Below are positions 1 through 10,054 of a stretch of DNA of 64,000 bases, one piece after another. A program made the translations under genes and the position numbers. The stretch is taken from assembly GCA_050943415.1 (NCBI GenBank), contig JBMNPD010000001.1:4317-68316 (forward strand). Reading direction: 5' to 3'. Below the pieces are notes generated by a model. The model did no database searches. It had not been told where the DNA came from and saw only the letters and a list, made by a program, of their open reading frames with translations. This stretch comes from Candidatus Dojkabacteria bacterium (GTDB lineage Bacteria > Patescibacteriota > Dojkabacteria > SC72). The stretch's first letter is position 1. Each line of letters begins with the position of its first letter.

Positions 1-3000
1 GTTGCGAAAGGAGAGAATAAAGAATGTACAATAACTAATACTAAATACGGTTCATTAACTATTGTTAAGGATGCAACACCAAGTAGTAATCAAGAATTTA
101 CTTTCACTACAACAGGAGATGGATTGTCAGGATTTACATTGATAGATAATTCAGATACTTCTAATCCAAGTAAAGAATTTAAAAATCTTAAGGCAGGAAC
201 ATACTCAGTCGCAGAAACAGTACCATCAGATTGGAAGTTGACAAGTGCTACATGTTCTGATGGCAGTCCAGTTTCAGCAATTAATCTCTCTGTAGGAGAG
301 AATATTACTTGTACATTTAATAATGTACAGTATGGTTCAATATTTGGTCATAAATGGGTAGATGCTGATGGATTAGCAGATACAACAAACGATAGAACAC
401 CAGTTTCAGGTTGGACTATTTTCATAGATGCAAATGGTAATGGTGTATGGGATGAAGGAGAGGAGAAAACAACAACAGGTACAGATGGTAAATATTCATT
501 TATTAATTTACTACCAGGTACATATAAAGTTGTAGAACAAATGGAAACAGGTTGGATAGTTTTAGTTGGTGATAGTAAGGTTGTAGAGTTAAGTGCGGGT
601 GAGAATGAGGAGGTTAACTTTGTAAATGTAAAGTTAGGTAGTATTACAGTAAAAAAGAATGTTGATAGTAACGGCGATGGGGATTTAGATGATGATGTTG
701 ATGTAATAGGTTCAGATCAATGGAATTGGACACTCAATAATGTAACTGTAGGAAAAACAGGAACAACTAAGAATAAGTTAGAACCAGGTACATATACAAT
801 TAATGAAACAGATGGCCCAGCCCATTATCATTTTGTTTCATTAACTTGTACAGGTGCAGCAGATAATAGAATTACCATTACGGGGGATACAGCTAAAATC
901 AATTTAGAATCAGGTGAAGATGTAGTATGTACATATAGAAATGCAAGGAACTTAGGAAAGTTAATAATTGAAAAAGAAGTGATTAATGATAATGGTGGTA
1001 GTAAGAAAGCTACAGACTTTTCATTCAAGATAGGAAGTGAGAATCCAATTCAATTTACTCAGAATGGAGATGATGTACTTAAAGGAAGAAATGAATATAC
1101 AAGATATGCAGGTCTCTCCTACACTGTTACAGAACCTGAGGCAGACAGTGATGGATATACAACTACATATAATAATTGTACAAATATTGTAGTTCCTCAT
1201 GGTGGTCAAGCTGTATGTAAGATTACAAATAATGACAACAAGCCATCATTAACTCTTGTAAAAGAAGTTAATAATGATAACGGTGGTACACTAAGTAAAA
1301 CAGATTGGACATTAACAGCAACAGGTCCAACAACAATCTCAGGAGATGGAGGTGCAACCAGTGGAGATAACTTCAAAGCAGGTACATATACATTAAGCGA
1401 AATAGGAAAGACAGGTGTTGATGTATCAGGATATGAGGCAGGTAAATGGAGTTGTACAAACAATATTGTAGTGAATGAAAATAATCAGATAACACTAGGA
1501 TTAAATCAATCTACTGTATGTAAAATAGTAAATGATGATAAAGCACCTTCCTTAGAGTTGATTAAAGAAGTAAATAACAAGTTTGGAGGAAATGCAAAAG
1601 CAACAGATTGGACATTAACAGCAACAGGTCCAACAACAATCTCAGGAGATGGTGGTGTAACAAGTGGTAATGATTTCAAAGTAGGTACATATACATTAAG
1701 TGAAAGTGGAAATGTTACTGGATATAGTGCAAGTGATTGGAGTTGTACAAACAATATTGCAGTTAATGAAAACAATCAGATAACATTAGGATTAGGTCAA
1801 AGTACAAAATGTACTATTACTAATAGTGATATTCAGCCAACACTTAAACTTGTTAAGACAGTTGCAAATAATCATGGTGGAGATAAGAAAGTAGCAGACT
1901 TCAATCTTTACATTGGAAATACAAAAGTTGATAGTGGTGTTGCTACAGGCGTAAATGCAAACACAGAATATACTGTAAGCGAAGATCAGCTACCAGGATA
2001 TAGTGCATCAGTTTGGGGTGGAGATTGTAGTGCAGAAGGAAAGATTACTTTACTTCCAGGAGATAACAAGACTTGTACAATTACAAATAGTGATATTGCT
2101 CCTACCCTTAAGTTAGTTAAATCAGTAACTAATGATAATGGTGGTAAATTAGAAGCAAAGGATTGGACATTAACAGCAAAAGCAGGAACAGAAGAATTTA
2201 GTAATCTCGGTGATGCAGGAACAGTACATACTGTCAAAGCAGGAGTTGGTTATGTCTTAAGTGAATCAACAGTTGCAGGTTATGCTTCTGAGGGTTGGAA
2301 ATGTGATAAAGGAACATTGGATGGTAATACAATCACATTAGGTTTGGCTGAGAATGCAACTTGTACAATTACAAATAACGATATTGCACCAAAACTAACA
2401 TTAAACAAGATAGTTTTAAATAAATATGGTGGGAACAAAGTAGAATCAGATTGGACACTCTATGCAAAACAAGGGGAAGTAGTAGCATTGTCAGGAAAAG
2501 GTGCTGAAGGAGATAATGATGTAGTAAGTGGTGAGACATTCCAAGCAGGATCATATACTCTTTCTGAAAAAGGTGTATTAGGATATGATGCAAGTGATTG
2601 GAGTTGTACAGGAACAGGTTCATTAAAAGGTAATGTAATCACATTAGGAATTGGTCAAGAAGCAATTTGTAGTATTACAAATACTGATAGACCAGCAGGA
2701 TTAACAGTAATTAAAGAAGTTATTAATGATAATGGAGGTAAAGCAACAGCAGATGATTTTGATATTAGGTTAAATAAGGAAAAATTAGAATTTAAACCAT
2801 GGACAGGAGGCGTCGGACAATATACCTTTACTTATGCTTCTACTCCAAAAGTACAATCTAATACAAAATATACACTAACAGAGATTGATCATCCTGATTA
2901 CAAAGAAGGAGAATGGAGTTGTAAGGATAATAAGACAGGAAATGAAATTACTCACCCATTTACTTTAGTAGAGGGTCAGAGTGTAACCTGTACAATTACA

Positions 3001-6000
3001 AATGATGACATTGCTCCTACCCTTAAATTAGTTAAATCAGTAACTAATGACAACGGAGGTACATTAGGACCTAAAGATTGGACATTATCAGCTACAGGTC
3101 CTACCCCAATTTCAGGAGATGGAGGTGCTACAAGTGGTAGTAACTTCAAGGCAGGTACATACACATTAGGTGAGGTAGGAAAAACAGGAGTAGATGTATC
3201 AGGGTACGAGGCAGGTAAATGGAGTTGTACAAACAATGTTACAGTTGATGAAAACAATCAAATAACATTAGGATTAAATCAATCTACCGTATGTACAATT
3301 GTAAATAATGATATTGCTCCTAAACTAACAATAGTAAAGCATGTAGATAATGAAGGAAATGATGGTACAAAGAAAGCAGAAGATTTTAAGATAATGGTAG
3401 ATGGAGAAAAAGTATCAGAACCTAGTTTCCAAGGCTCAGAAGAAGGTGTAATAGTAACTTTGAATGCAGGTGAATATAAAGTAACTGAGGAAGAAGATAC
3501 AGAAAACTACACAGCTTCATATAGTAAAGATTGCTCTGGAACAATAAATGTTGGTGAAGAGAAAACATGTACAATTACCAATACAGGTATAGATCATGAA
3601 CCAACAATTGAAGTAACTAAGAATGCTGATAAGACATCAGTAAAAGAAACAGGAGAAGATGTAATCTTTACATTTACAGTAAAGAATACAAGTAAAGTAG
3701 ATACTGTAACAATTCTCTCTTTAGTTGATACAGTTTTTGGCACATTATCAGGTAATGATAATTGTAAAGTTGGAACAGAATTAGCACCTAATGCAACCTG
3801 TTCATTTACATTAACCAAGAAGATTAGTGGAGATTACTCTGGTCCAGACCACTACAACAAATTTACAGTTGAGGCAAAAGATGAGGAAGGAAATAAAACT
3901 GATGATAGTGATGACCAAACAATTACATTTACAGATGAAAAACCATCAGTTGAAGTACTAAAGACAGCAGGTGTTACTGAAATTCCAGAAACAGGTGGAG
4001 AAGTGGAATTCACATACAAAGTTACAAATACAGGATTAGAGAAAGTAACAATAACATCATTGGAAGATGACGTATTTGGAACCTTAACAGGAGATGATGA
4101 TTGTAAAGTTGGAATAGAGTTAGAAGCAGGAAAGAGTTGTGAATTCAAACAAACATTTACAATTGACCCTACTACACCAGGAGATCCAAATGCAGCAACA
4201 TCTCACAAGAATATCTTTACAGCAACTGTAGAAGATAATGAAGAGAATGAAGCAGAAGATAGTGATGAAGAAGAGATTAAACTAACACCAGTACCATCAT
4301 TGAAATTAGTAAAGAAAGTTGTACATAAATACAATTCAGACGAGACAATCACTGCAGCAGATTGGACACTATCAGCAAAAACAGAAGATGACGAAGGTAT
4401 CAGCTATGCAGGTGATACAGATAAGTTTGAATTTGTAAAAGCAGGAGAAGAATATTCACTCTCTGAAACAGGTGAATACATGAGTCAATTTGAACCAAGC
4501 GCTTGGAGTTGTACAGGAGGTGAATTAGTAGGTTCTACACTTAAACTTGCAGCGACAGATGATGTTGTATGTACTATAACAAATACAGCATTACCTGGAA
4601 CAATTAAGATATACAAAGATGTAGTATATGGTGATACAGACATATACTCATCAGACGAATTCGAAGTTAAGGTAGACAGTGATACTGAATCACAGAAGAT
4701 TACTGATACTGAGGAAGATCCTAAAGTAGCTGAATTCACAAATCTTGATGCAGGTGAATACAATCCTGAAGAAATCAATGTACCAAATGGATACAGAGCA
4801 TTGGGTTGTTATCCAAGAGAAGAAGATCAAGATTATACTGTAGGAAATGGAGAAACATTAGAATTTGTATGTCTAAATGAAGTAATTGAACCACTCCTAG
4901 AGATTGAAAAAGAGAATGATGCAGCAACAGCTAAGTACGCAGGTGACCAGGTTACATACACAATAACAGTAACAGCACCAGAAGATGAAGATAATGAGAG
5001 TAAATATCTTCTAAACAATGTTGAAGTATTTGATCTCGCACCAGCAGGATTTGACTACAACAGTGGTACATGGAGTGCAATTTCTTCAGTAAGAGGAGAT
5101 ATTACTGGAATTACGACAGTAGAACCTACATACAATGGTACAGATTATGCAAAATGGACACTAGGTAATATGGAAGAAGGAGAAATAGTAATCTTGAAAT
5201 ACACAACAACTATCTCCTTAACCCAAGATCCAGGTACATATCCAGATATTGCATGGGTAAAAGGAGTATCATTAGCAAACAGCAATGTCCTTGGAAATGT
5301 AAGTACAGGTGCAGATACACCATTCGTAGGAACTAAAGTACAAGTAATTGCTCCTGATGAAATCGAAGAAGGAGAAGTATTAGGTGCATCTACAATAGTT
5401 AGACTACCTAGCACTGGAGCAAGTACATATCTAACATTAGGAGGATTAATAACTATGCTCGTAGGTTTACTAATAGCTATGTTTGGTAGCAAAAAACAAA
5501 GAAAGAGTTCATTAAAACTTAGCTTACTAACAGCAGTTGCATCCCTACTCTTCCTACCATTCTATGTACATGCAGCAGAATATTTAGATGTAAAGATAGA
5601 ACAACCAAAAACACCTACTAACATCTCTAAATTTGAGATAGGCTTTGTAGCTATGTCTACAAGTCCTGAAGCTGTTAAAGTAGAATGTTTTGAGGAAGGT
5701 AAACCTACTCCATTCCAAACAGTAAATGCTTCAACAGGAAATTGCTTAGTAGATGTAAAAGCAAGTGGTACCTACAAATATTATGTTAAAGCTACAGTAG
5801 GTGGAGAAGAAAAAGATTCTGATACTGTGGAAGTAACTGTAAATCTTGAGAAGCCACAAGCTGTCCTAGATTACTCAAAAACAGGAAATACTCTTTCTTT
5901 CAAAACTGCAAATGATGGTATTACAAAACATGTCCAGATATTTAGATCAGAAAAAGTATCATTTACTGCAAACGCTTCAACATTAGTACATAGTATGACT

Positions 6001-6450
6001 GTTCTTCCAAATACCACATATACTTGGACAGATGGCTCAGCAGAATCAGGAAAAACATATTACTACGCTTTAAGAGCAGTAGATGCTTACGGTAATCTCT
6101 CCCCTATCATTTCAGATAACGAAGTTATTACTGTAGTAGAAAAAGCAGGAACAACAACTACTCAAACAGGACAGGTGGCAGGTGCTATCTCTATGACAAC
6201 ATCAGGAACAACGGCAAAGGATACAACAGGATTAGAAGATGCAGAGGTTAAGGGAGATACAGATACTACTGGCGAAGAGACAGAAAATACAGATGTTGAA
6301 AAGAGTGATGCAGAAACACAAGAATCAGAAGATACTGCAGAAGAAGAATCAAAGAAAGTATCAATATTCAAGAAATACTGGTACCTCTGGATAGCTGGAC
6401 TTCTTGTCCTAGTTGGTGGTATATATAAATATGTCAAAAGAGAAAGGTAA
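1..6450 (+). CDS. Giant repetitive cell-wall-anchored surface protein (adhesin-like). It is 5'-truncated by the window edge: the frame is open from nt 1. It carries about 11 Cna-B/SpaA-like ~95-aa Ig-fold repeats and DUF11-like repeats, an LPSTG sorting signal at nt 5404-5418, then a further ~320-aa module.
   Basis: Frame 1 has no stop from nt 1 to 6450. The translated repeat '..APTLKLVK.VNNDNGG..DWTL.A.G...C.ITN.D' recurs about 11 times. DUF11-like 'TKNADKTSV..GEDV.FTFTV.NT' repeats are present. LPSTG is followed by a hydrophobic stretch and a KKQRK tail. Confidence 0.85.
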   Translation, partial: VAKGENKECTITNTKYGSLTIVKDATPSSNQEFTFTTTGDGLSGFTLIDNSDTSNPSKEFKNLKAGTYSVAETVPSDWKLTSATCSDGSPVSAINLSVGENITCTFNNVQYGSIFGHKWVDADGLADTTNDRTPVSGWTIFIDANGNGVWDEGEEKTTTGTDGKYSFINLLPGTYKVVEQMETGWIVLVGDSKVVELSAGENEEVNFVNVKLGSITVKKNVDSNGDGDLDDDVDVIGSDQWNWTLNNVTVGKTGTTKNKLEPGTYTINETDGPAHYHFVSLTCTGAADNRITITGDTAKINLESGEDVVCTYRNARNLGKLIIEKEVINDNGGSKKATDFSFKIGSENPIQFTQNGDDVLKGRNEYTRYAGLSYTVTEPEADSDGYTTTYNNCTNIVVPHGGQAVCKITNNDNKPSLTLVKEVNNDNGGTLSKTDWTLTATGPTTISGDGGATSGDNFKAGTYTLSEIGKTGVDVSGYEAGKWSCTNNIVVNENNQITLGLNQSTVCKIVNDDKAPSLELIKEVNNKFGGNAKATDWTLTATGPTTISGDGGVTSGNDFKVGTYTLSESGNVTGYSASDWSCTNNIAVNENNQITLGLGQSTKCTITNSDIQPTLKLVKTVANNHGGDKKVADFNLYIGNTKVDSGVATGVNANTEYTVSEDQLPGYSASVWGGDCSAEGKITLLPGDNKTCTITNSDIAPTLKLVKSVTNDNGGKLEAKDWTLTAKAGTEEFSNLGDAGTVHTVKAGVGYVLSESTVAGYASEGWKCDKGTLDGNTITLGLAENATCTITNNDIAPKLTLNKIVLNKYGGNKVESDWTLYAKQGEVVALSGKGAEGDNDVVSGETFQAGSYTLSEKGVLGYDASDWSCTGTGSLKGNVITLGIGQEAICSITNTDRPAGLTVIKEVINDNGGKATADDFDIRLNKEKLEFKPWTGGVGQYTFTYASTPKVQSNTKYTLTEIDHPDYKEGEWSCKDNKTGNEITHPFTLVEGQSVTCTITNDDIAPTLKLVKSVTNDNGGTLGPKDWTLSATGPTPISGDGGATSGSNFKAGTYTLGEVGKTGVDVSGYEAGKWSCTNNVTVDENNQITLGLNQSTVCTIVNNDIAPKLTIVKHVDNEGNDGTKKAEDFKIMVDGEKVSEPSFQGSEEGVIVTLNAGEYKVTEEEDTENYTASYSKDCSGTINVGEEKTCTITNTGIDHEPTIEVTKNADKTSVKETGEDVIFTFTVKNTSKVDTVTILSLVDTVFGTLSGNDNCKVGTELAPNATCSFTLTKKISGDYSGPDHYNKFTVEAKDEEGNKTDDSDDQTITFTDEKPSVEVLKTAGVTEIPETGGEVEFTYKVTNTGLEKVTITSLEDDVFGTLTGDDDCKVGIELEAGKSCEFKQTFTIDPTTPGDPNAATSHKNIFTATVEDNEENEAEDSDEEEIKLTPVPSLKLVKKVVHKYNSDETITAADWTLSAKTEDDEGISYAGDTDKFEFVKAGEEYSLSETGEYMSQFEPSAWSCTGGELVGSTLKLAATDDVVCTITNTALPGTIKIYKDVVYGDTDIYSSDEFEVKVDSDTESQKITDTEEDPKVAEFTNLDAGEYNPEEINVPNGYRALGCYPREEDQDYTVGNGETLEFVCLNEVIEPLLEIEKENDAATAKYAGDQVTYTITVTAPEDEDNESKYLLNNVEVFDLAPAGFDYNSGTWSAISSVRGDITGITTVEPTYNGTDYAKWTLGNMEEGEIVILKYTTTISLTQDPGTYPDIAWVKGVSLANSNVLGNVSTGADTPFVGTKVQVIAPDEIEEGEVLGASTIVRLPSTGASTYLTLGGLITMLVGLLIAMFGSKKQRKSSLKLSLLTAVASLLFLPFYVHAAEYLDVKIEQPKTPTNISKFEIGFVAMSTSPEAVKVECFEEGKPTPFQTVNASTGNCLVDVKASGTYKYYVKATVGGEEKDSDTVEVTVNLEKPQAVLDYSKTGNTLSFKTANDGITKHVQIFRSEKVSFTANASTLVHSMTVLPNTTYTWTDGSAESGKTYYYALRAVDAYGNLSPIISDNEVITVVEKAGTTTTQTGQVAGAISMTTSGTTAKDTTGLEDAEVKGDTDTTGEETENTDVEKSDAETQESEDTAEEESKKVSIFKKYWYLWIAGLLVLVGGIYKYVKRER
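1206..1800. repeat. Two tandem ~290-bp intragenic repeats encoding near-identical Ig-like domains. A third copy lies at 2976-3290.
   Basis: Near-identical nucleotide strings (e.g. 'ggtaaatggagttgtacaaacaat' at ~1443 and ~3211). The spurious antisense ORFs 1206-1463, 1506-1775 and 2976-3257 translate to near-identical peptides. Confidence 0.8.
5479..6450 (+). other. In-frame distal module of the giant ORF. It has a cryptic signal-peptide-like segment (MFGSKKQRKSSLKLSLLTAVASLLFLPFYVHA|AE), Fn3-like domains, an acidic T/E/D-rich linker and a C-terminal TM anchor (YWYLWIAGLLVLVGGIYKYVKRER).
   Basis: The internal ATG at 5479 is in frame. A positively charged n-region is followed by an h-region and a VHA-A cleavage-like site. 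A 'GKTYYYALRAVDAYGNLS' Fn3-like signature is present. The ORF ends with a hydrophobic helix and a basic tail. Confidence 0.5.
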
Positions 6451-7105
6451 GATAAATAAAAAGATACTACTAGGAGTACTCCTACTCCTAGTAGGTCTTT
6501 CTGTCCTTGTAGCTACATACTACCCAGTAATTAAAGCATATATTTCCCAATACAGATCCCCTGCTCCATCCACTACGAATGTCACAATTGCTAAAAACGA
6601 TAGCGAAGTAACAAAGAATGTTACTACAGAAACAGAGCAAGTATCTCTCGATTTTAGCTTTGGATTGTATATCCCTAAAATTAAATCTAACAGTAAAGTT
6701 GTAAAAAATATCTCTCCATATGATGAGAATGAATACATTAAAGCCCTAGAAAGAGGTGTAGCCCATGCAAGAGGTACATACACACCTAATGTTAGTGGTA
6801 ACGTATTTCTTTTTGCTCACTCAGCAGTAAACTTCTATGAAAGAAGAAAATACGATGTATATTTCTACCTACTTAATGAACTTAAGAAAGATGATGAAAT
6901 ATATGTAAGCTATGAAGGTAAAATCTACAAATATTTAGTATCAGAAGTAAAAATAGTAGACAAAACAGAAACAAAATATTTAGGCAACTATGACACAAAA
7001 GATACACTAACACTCATGACATGCTATCCTGCAGGTACAGATTGGAAGAGAACAGTAGTCATAGCTCATCGAGATGAAACTCAACCAATCATAGAGAACA
7101 TTTAA
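6431..7105 (+). CDS. srt: Sortase (transpeptidase). The ATG at 6431 is the preferred start over the TTG at 6413, and it overlaps the last ~20 nt of the adhesin gene.
   Basis: N-terminal TM segment. Catalytic His in 'LFAHSA', Cys in 'TLTLMTCYP' (the TLxTC motif) and Arg in 'RTVVIAHR'. Confidence 0.85.
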   Translation: MSKEKGKINKKILLGVLLLLVGLSVLVATYYPVIKAYISQYRSPAPSTTNVTIAKNDSEVTKNVTTETEQVSLDFSFGLYIPKIKSNSKVVKNISPYDENEYIKALERGVAHARGTYTPNVSGNVFLFAHSAVNFYERRKYDVYFYLLNELKKDDEIYVSYEGKIYKYLVSEVKIVDKTETKYLGNYDTKDTLTLMTCYPAGTDWKRTVVIAHRDETQPIIENI

Positions 7106-7797
7106 CAACACTTCTTACTTTTAGTCTCCTTAATATCTACTCCACCAAACAGTGCAGTACCAAATATTTCTAAAACAGGCTTTTCAATATCTCTCTCCTT
7201 TAGTTTAGTATCCCAACCACCAAATACTCCATTACCATTTGTAACTACTCTACAATTTTGAGGAACAATGATATCTGCTCCTCCAAAAACAGCATTAACC
7301 TCTAACTTAGCACCACCCTTTGCAACCTTTACCTCACTTAAATCTAAATCATATGCACCAAAAACAACATCAATCTTACCACCTGTAAAATTATCAGAAA
7401 CCAACCTCTTCTCTACTCCCCAGAAAACAGCAGACTCATTAATCCTATCCTTTGTAGAAACATTAGAAGTAGATACTCTCTCCTCTGATGATTTATCATC
7501 CTTTAATATAATGTAGAGACCAGCAACTACAAAAAGAATTGGCCAGAAATATATCCAAATATTAAAATCAAACAGATTATTTGCCAAAAGTAACAAACCA
7601 ATTAAGGAAACAACAACACCTGTTCTAGCATTCTTGTACAAAATCCTATCAATACCAATAACTATCAAAATCACAGGCCATAATTTCCAGATTAAATCCA
7701 ACAAATCTATGTTAATAAATGCCCATCTATCTAGGAACATAATACCTCCTAAAAAGATGAAAAGTAATCCCCAAAAAATCTTACTACTATTCTTCAT
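7102..7797 (-). CDS. LiaF-like (DUF2154) membrane protein with a cell-envelope stress sensor accessory domain.
   Basis: N-terminal multi-TM region followed by a repetitive beta-rich C-terminal domain ('VFGG..D' repeats) typical of the LiaF/YvqF family. Confidence 0.55.
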   Translation of the reverse strand: MKNSSKIFWGLLFIFLGGIMFLDRWAFINIDLLDLIWKLWPVILIVIGIDRILYKNARTGVVVSLIGLLLLANNLFDFNIWIYFWPILFVVAGLYIILKDDKSSEERVSTSNVSTKDRINESAVFWGVEKRLVSDNFTGGKIDVVFGAYDLDLSEVKVAKGGAKLEVNAVFGGADIIVPQNCRVVTNGNGVFGGWDTKLKERDIEKPVLEIFGTALFGGVDIKETKSKKCC

Positions 7798-7828
7798 AGC
7801 ACAGAAAATATTAATTTAAATTAAAACT

Positions 7829-8140
7829 TTACTTTTTACTCTTTTTCTTAGTATCAGAAACACTCTCTTTCTTTACTGATTGTGCAAATGTATCAAATTT
7901 TTCTTTCATCTCAGCACTGTTTTCCTTTACTATATCATCAGAATCCTTAGCAATACTTGATTTAGAAGGAATGATTGCCCAAAGTATTAAATACATAAAA
8001 ATGCCGAAACCTCCTGTACTCATAGATAGAAACACATAAAGCACTCTCACTATTGTGGGATCAATCTCAAAGTATTCCGCTATTCCTCCACACACTCCTG
8101 CAATCATCTGATTCTCTTCAGATCTATACAATCTTTTCAT
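7829..8140 (-). CDS. pspC: PspC-domain protein (phage-shock protein C family).
   Basis: 'MIAGVCGGIAEYFEIDPTIVRVLYV' PspC signature followed by a TM helix. Confidence 0.8.
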   Translation of the reverse strand: MKRLYRSEENQMIAGVCGGIAEYFEIDPTIVRVLYVFLSMSTGGFGIFMYLILWAIIPSKSSIAKDSDDIVKENSAEMKEKFDTFAQSVKKESVSDTKKKSKK

Positions 8141-8245
8141 AAATTAGTTTCTAAAAATTAACTACTTATTATATTCTATCCCTATCTTCCTAATTTGTAA
8201 ATGAGAATGTATACTAAAGAGAAATAATTTTAATATCATTAACAT

Positions 8246-8629
8246 ATGACAGAAAGACATCAAATATATAAATGTGAAATTTGTGGAAATATTGTAGAAG
8301 TAACACACGAAGGTGCAGGTACATTAGTATGCTGTAGGAAGAATATGGATTTAATGGTAGAGAAAAAAGAGGAAGAAGGAAATGAAAAACATCTACCATC
8401 AGTATCATTTGAAAGAGAAAAGCTCGTAGTTAAAGTCGGGGAAGTAGAACATCCTATGGAGGAAGCTCACTTCATAGAATGGATTGAGGTAATAGATGGT
8501 GATAATTCACAAAAGGTATATCTAAAACCTGCAGATTCACCAAAAGCAGAATTTACAGTATCTAAAAATGAAAGCTTAAGAATTCGATCATACTGTAACC
8601 TACATGGATTATGGGAGAAAAATATATAG
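8246..8629 (+). CDS. dfx: Desulfoferrodoxin / superoxide reductase (2Fe-SOR).
   Basis: N-terminal desulforedoxin motif 'CEICGNIVEV...CC'. Neelaredoxin domain with 'EKHLP', His ligands and 'CNLHGLW'. Confidence 0.85.
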   Translation: MTERHQIYKCEICGNIVEVTHEGAGTLVCCRKNMDLMVEKKEEEGNEKHLPSVSFEREKLVVKVGEVEHPMEEAHFIEWIEVIDGDNSQKVYLKPADSPKAEFTVSKNESLRIRSYCNLHGLWEKNI

Positions 8630-8636
8630 TTGGTGA

Positions 8637-9707
8637 TTAAACAATTACTCCACCACCTACTACAGTATCACCTTGATAAAACACGGCAGATTGACCTGAA
8701 GTAACTGCCCTCTGTTTCTCCTTTAGTCTGACTACAACCCTATCCTCTTCTCCTTTACTAATAACAGCATCAATATCCTTTGCAGCAGATCTAACCTTAA
8801 CAGTAACATCCATAGGACTGCTTAACTCATCTACACTTATCCAATTAACATCTTTTACCTCAAACTCTTTACTGTACAACTCATCTTCATCACCCACAAC
8901 AACAGTATTCCTTTCTGAATCAATATCTACTACAAAAAGAGGCTTGTTTGAAGAAATACCTAAACCCTTTCTCTGCCCAATAGTGTACTTGTACAAACCA
9001 TCATGTTTACCTAAAACATTCCCGTGAGTGTCAACAATATCTCCCTGTTTAAACTCTTTAGAAGAATTTTTCTTTACAAAAGAGTGATAGTCATTATCAC
9101 ATACAAAACAAACCTCCTGACTATCCTCTTTCTTAGAAATGTTCAAATCAACATCTTTAACAATTTCTCTGACTTCATTCTTGGTCAAATTACCTAACGG
9201 AAAAAGAATCCTCTCTAACTGATCTTGAGTGAGTCTATACAGAAAGTATGATTGATCCTTTGATAAATCCTTAGCCCTTTGCAGTAAATATCTACCATCA
9301 CTATTTGAAATATTTGCATAATGTCCAGTAGCTACAAAATCAATACCATTACTATCTGCATACTTAATTAGCTCCTCAAACTTCACCTCCCTATTACACA
9401 TAACACATGGATTAGGAGTCCTCCCATTCTCATACTCAGTTAGAAAGTAATCTATGACATTCTTTTTGAACTGAGTAGTTAAATCAACAACCTCATGTCT
9501 AATACCAAGCCTCTTAGCAAGATTAATAGCATAATCTATGGAATCATTACAATTAGATTCGAACATTCTAAAAGTAACTCCAACAACCTCATATCCATTT
9601 GATTGAAGCAATAATACAACAGCAGAGCTATCCACTCCCCCACTCATTCCTACTAATACACTTTGTTTTCTACTTCTTTTCTTTTCCATTCTTACGATAG
9701 TTATCAA
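8637..9707 (-). CDS. mnmA: tRNA-specific 2-thiouridylase MnmA.
   Basis: PP-loop 'VLVGMSGGVDSS'. Conserved 'CF..D' and C-terminal beta-barrel region. Overlaps nifU by 38 nt, so they form an operon. Confidence 0.9.
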   Translation of the reverse strand: MITIVRMEKKRSRKQSVLVGMSGGVDSSAVVLLLQSNGYEVVGVTFRMFESNCNDSIDYAINLAKRLGIRHEVVDLTTQFKKNVIDYFLTEYENGRTPNPCVMCNREVKFEELIKYADSNGIDFVATGHYANISNSDGRYLLQRAKDLSKDQSYFLYRLTQDQLERILFPLGNLTKNEVREIVKDVDLNISKKEDSQEVCFVCDNDYHSFVKKNSSKEFKQGDIVDTHGNVLGKHDGLYKYTIGQRKGLGISSNKPLFVVDIDSERNTVVVGDEDELYSKEFEVKDVNWISVDELSSPMDVTVKVRSAAKDIDAVISKGEEDRVVVRLKEKQRAVTSGQSAVFYQGDTVVGGGVIV

Positions 9708-10053
9708 TAGCTGCTTTCAAAGCCTGTTGAGCTAAATTAGAACAATGCATCTTCACAGGTGGCAAACCACCCAAAGATTTTGCAACATCTATATTAGTTA
9801 CCTTCTCAGCTTCTTCTAAACTCTTTCCTTTCACCATCTCAGTAACCATACTACTTGTAGCAATAGCTGCACCACAACCAAAAGTAAGAAACTTAATATC
9901 AGTTATAATATTATCCTTGATTTTAAGATATATCCTCATAATATCGCCACAAACAGGATTACCAACCTCACCTACAGCATCAGGATTCTCCATCTCTCCT
10001 ATATTTCTTGGATTCATAAAATGATCCATCACTTTATCATTATACTCTTCCAT
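9670..10053 (-). CDS. iscU: Fe-S cluster scaffold protein NifU/IscU.
   Basis: 'GNPVCGD', 'LTFGCGAAIA' and 'HCSNLA' conserved cysteine motifs. Confidence 0.9.
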   Translation of the reverse strand: MEEYNDKVMDHFMNPRNIGEMENPDAVGEVGNPVCGDIMRIYLKIKDNIITDIKFLTFGCGAAIATSSMVTEMVKGKSLEEAEKVTNIDVAKSLGGLPPVKMHCSNLAQQALKAAIDNYRKNGKEKK

Positions 10054-10054
10054 A

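Noticed and set aside
828-5492. Eleven antisense ORFs (60-115 aa) inside the giant adhesin gene, several with near-identical translations.
   Set aside because: They lie entirely within a long, well-supported sense ORF. They have no RBS and Ser/Pro/Val-rich low-complexity translations. Their mutual similarity just mirrors the sense-strand nucleotide repeats.
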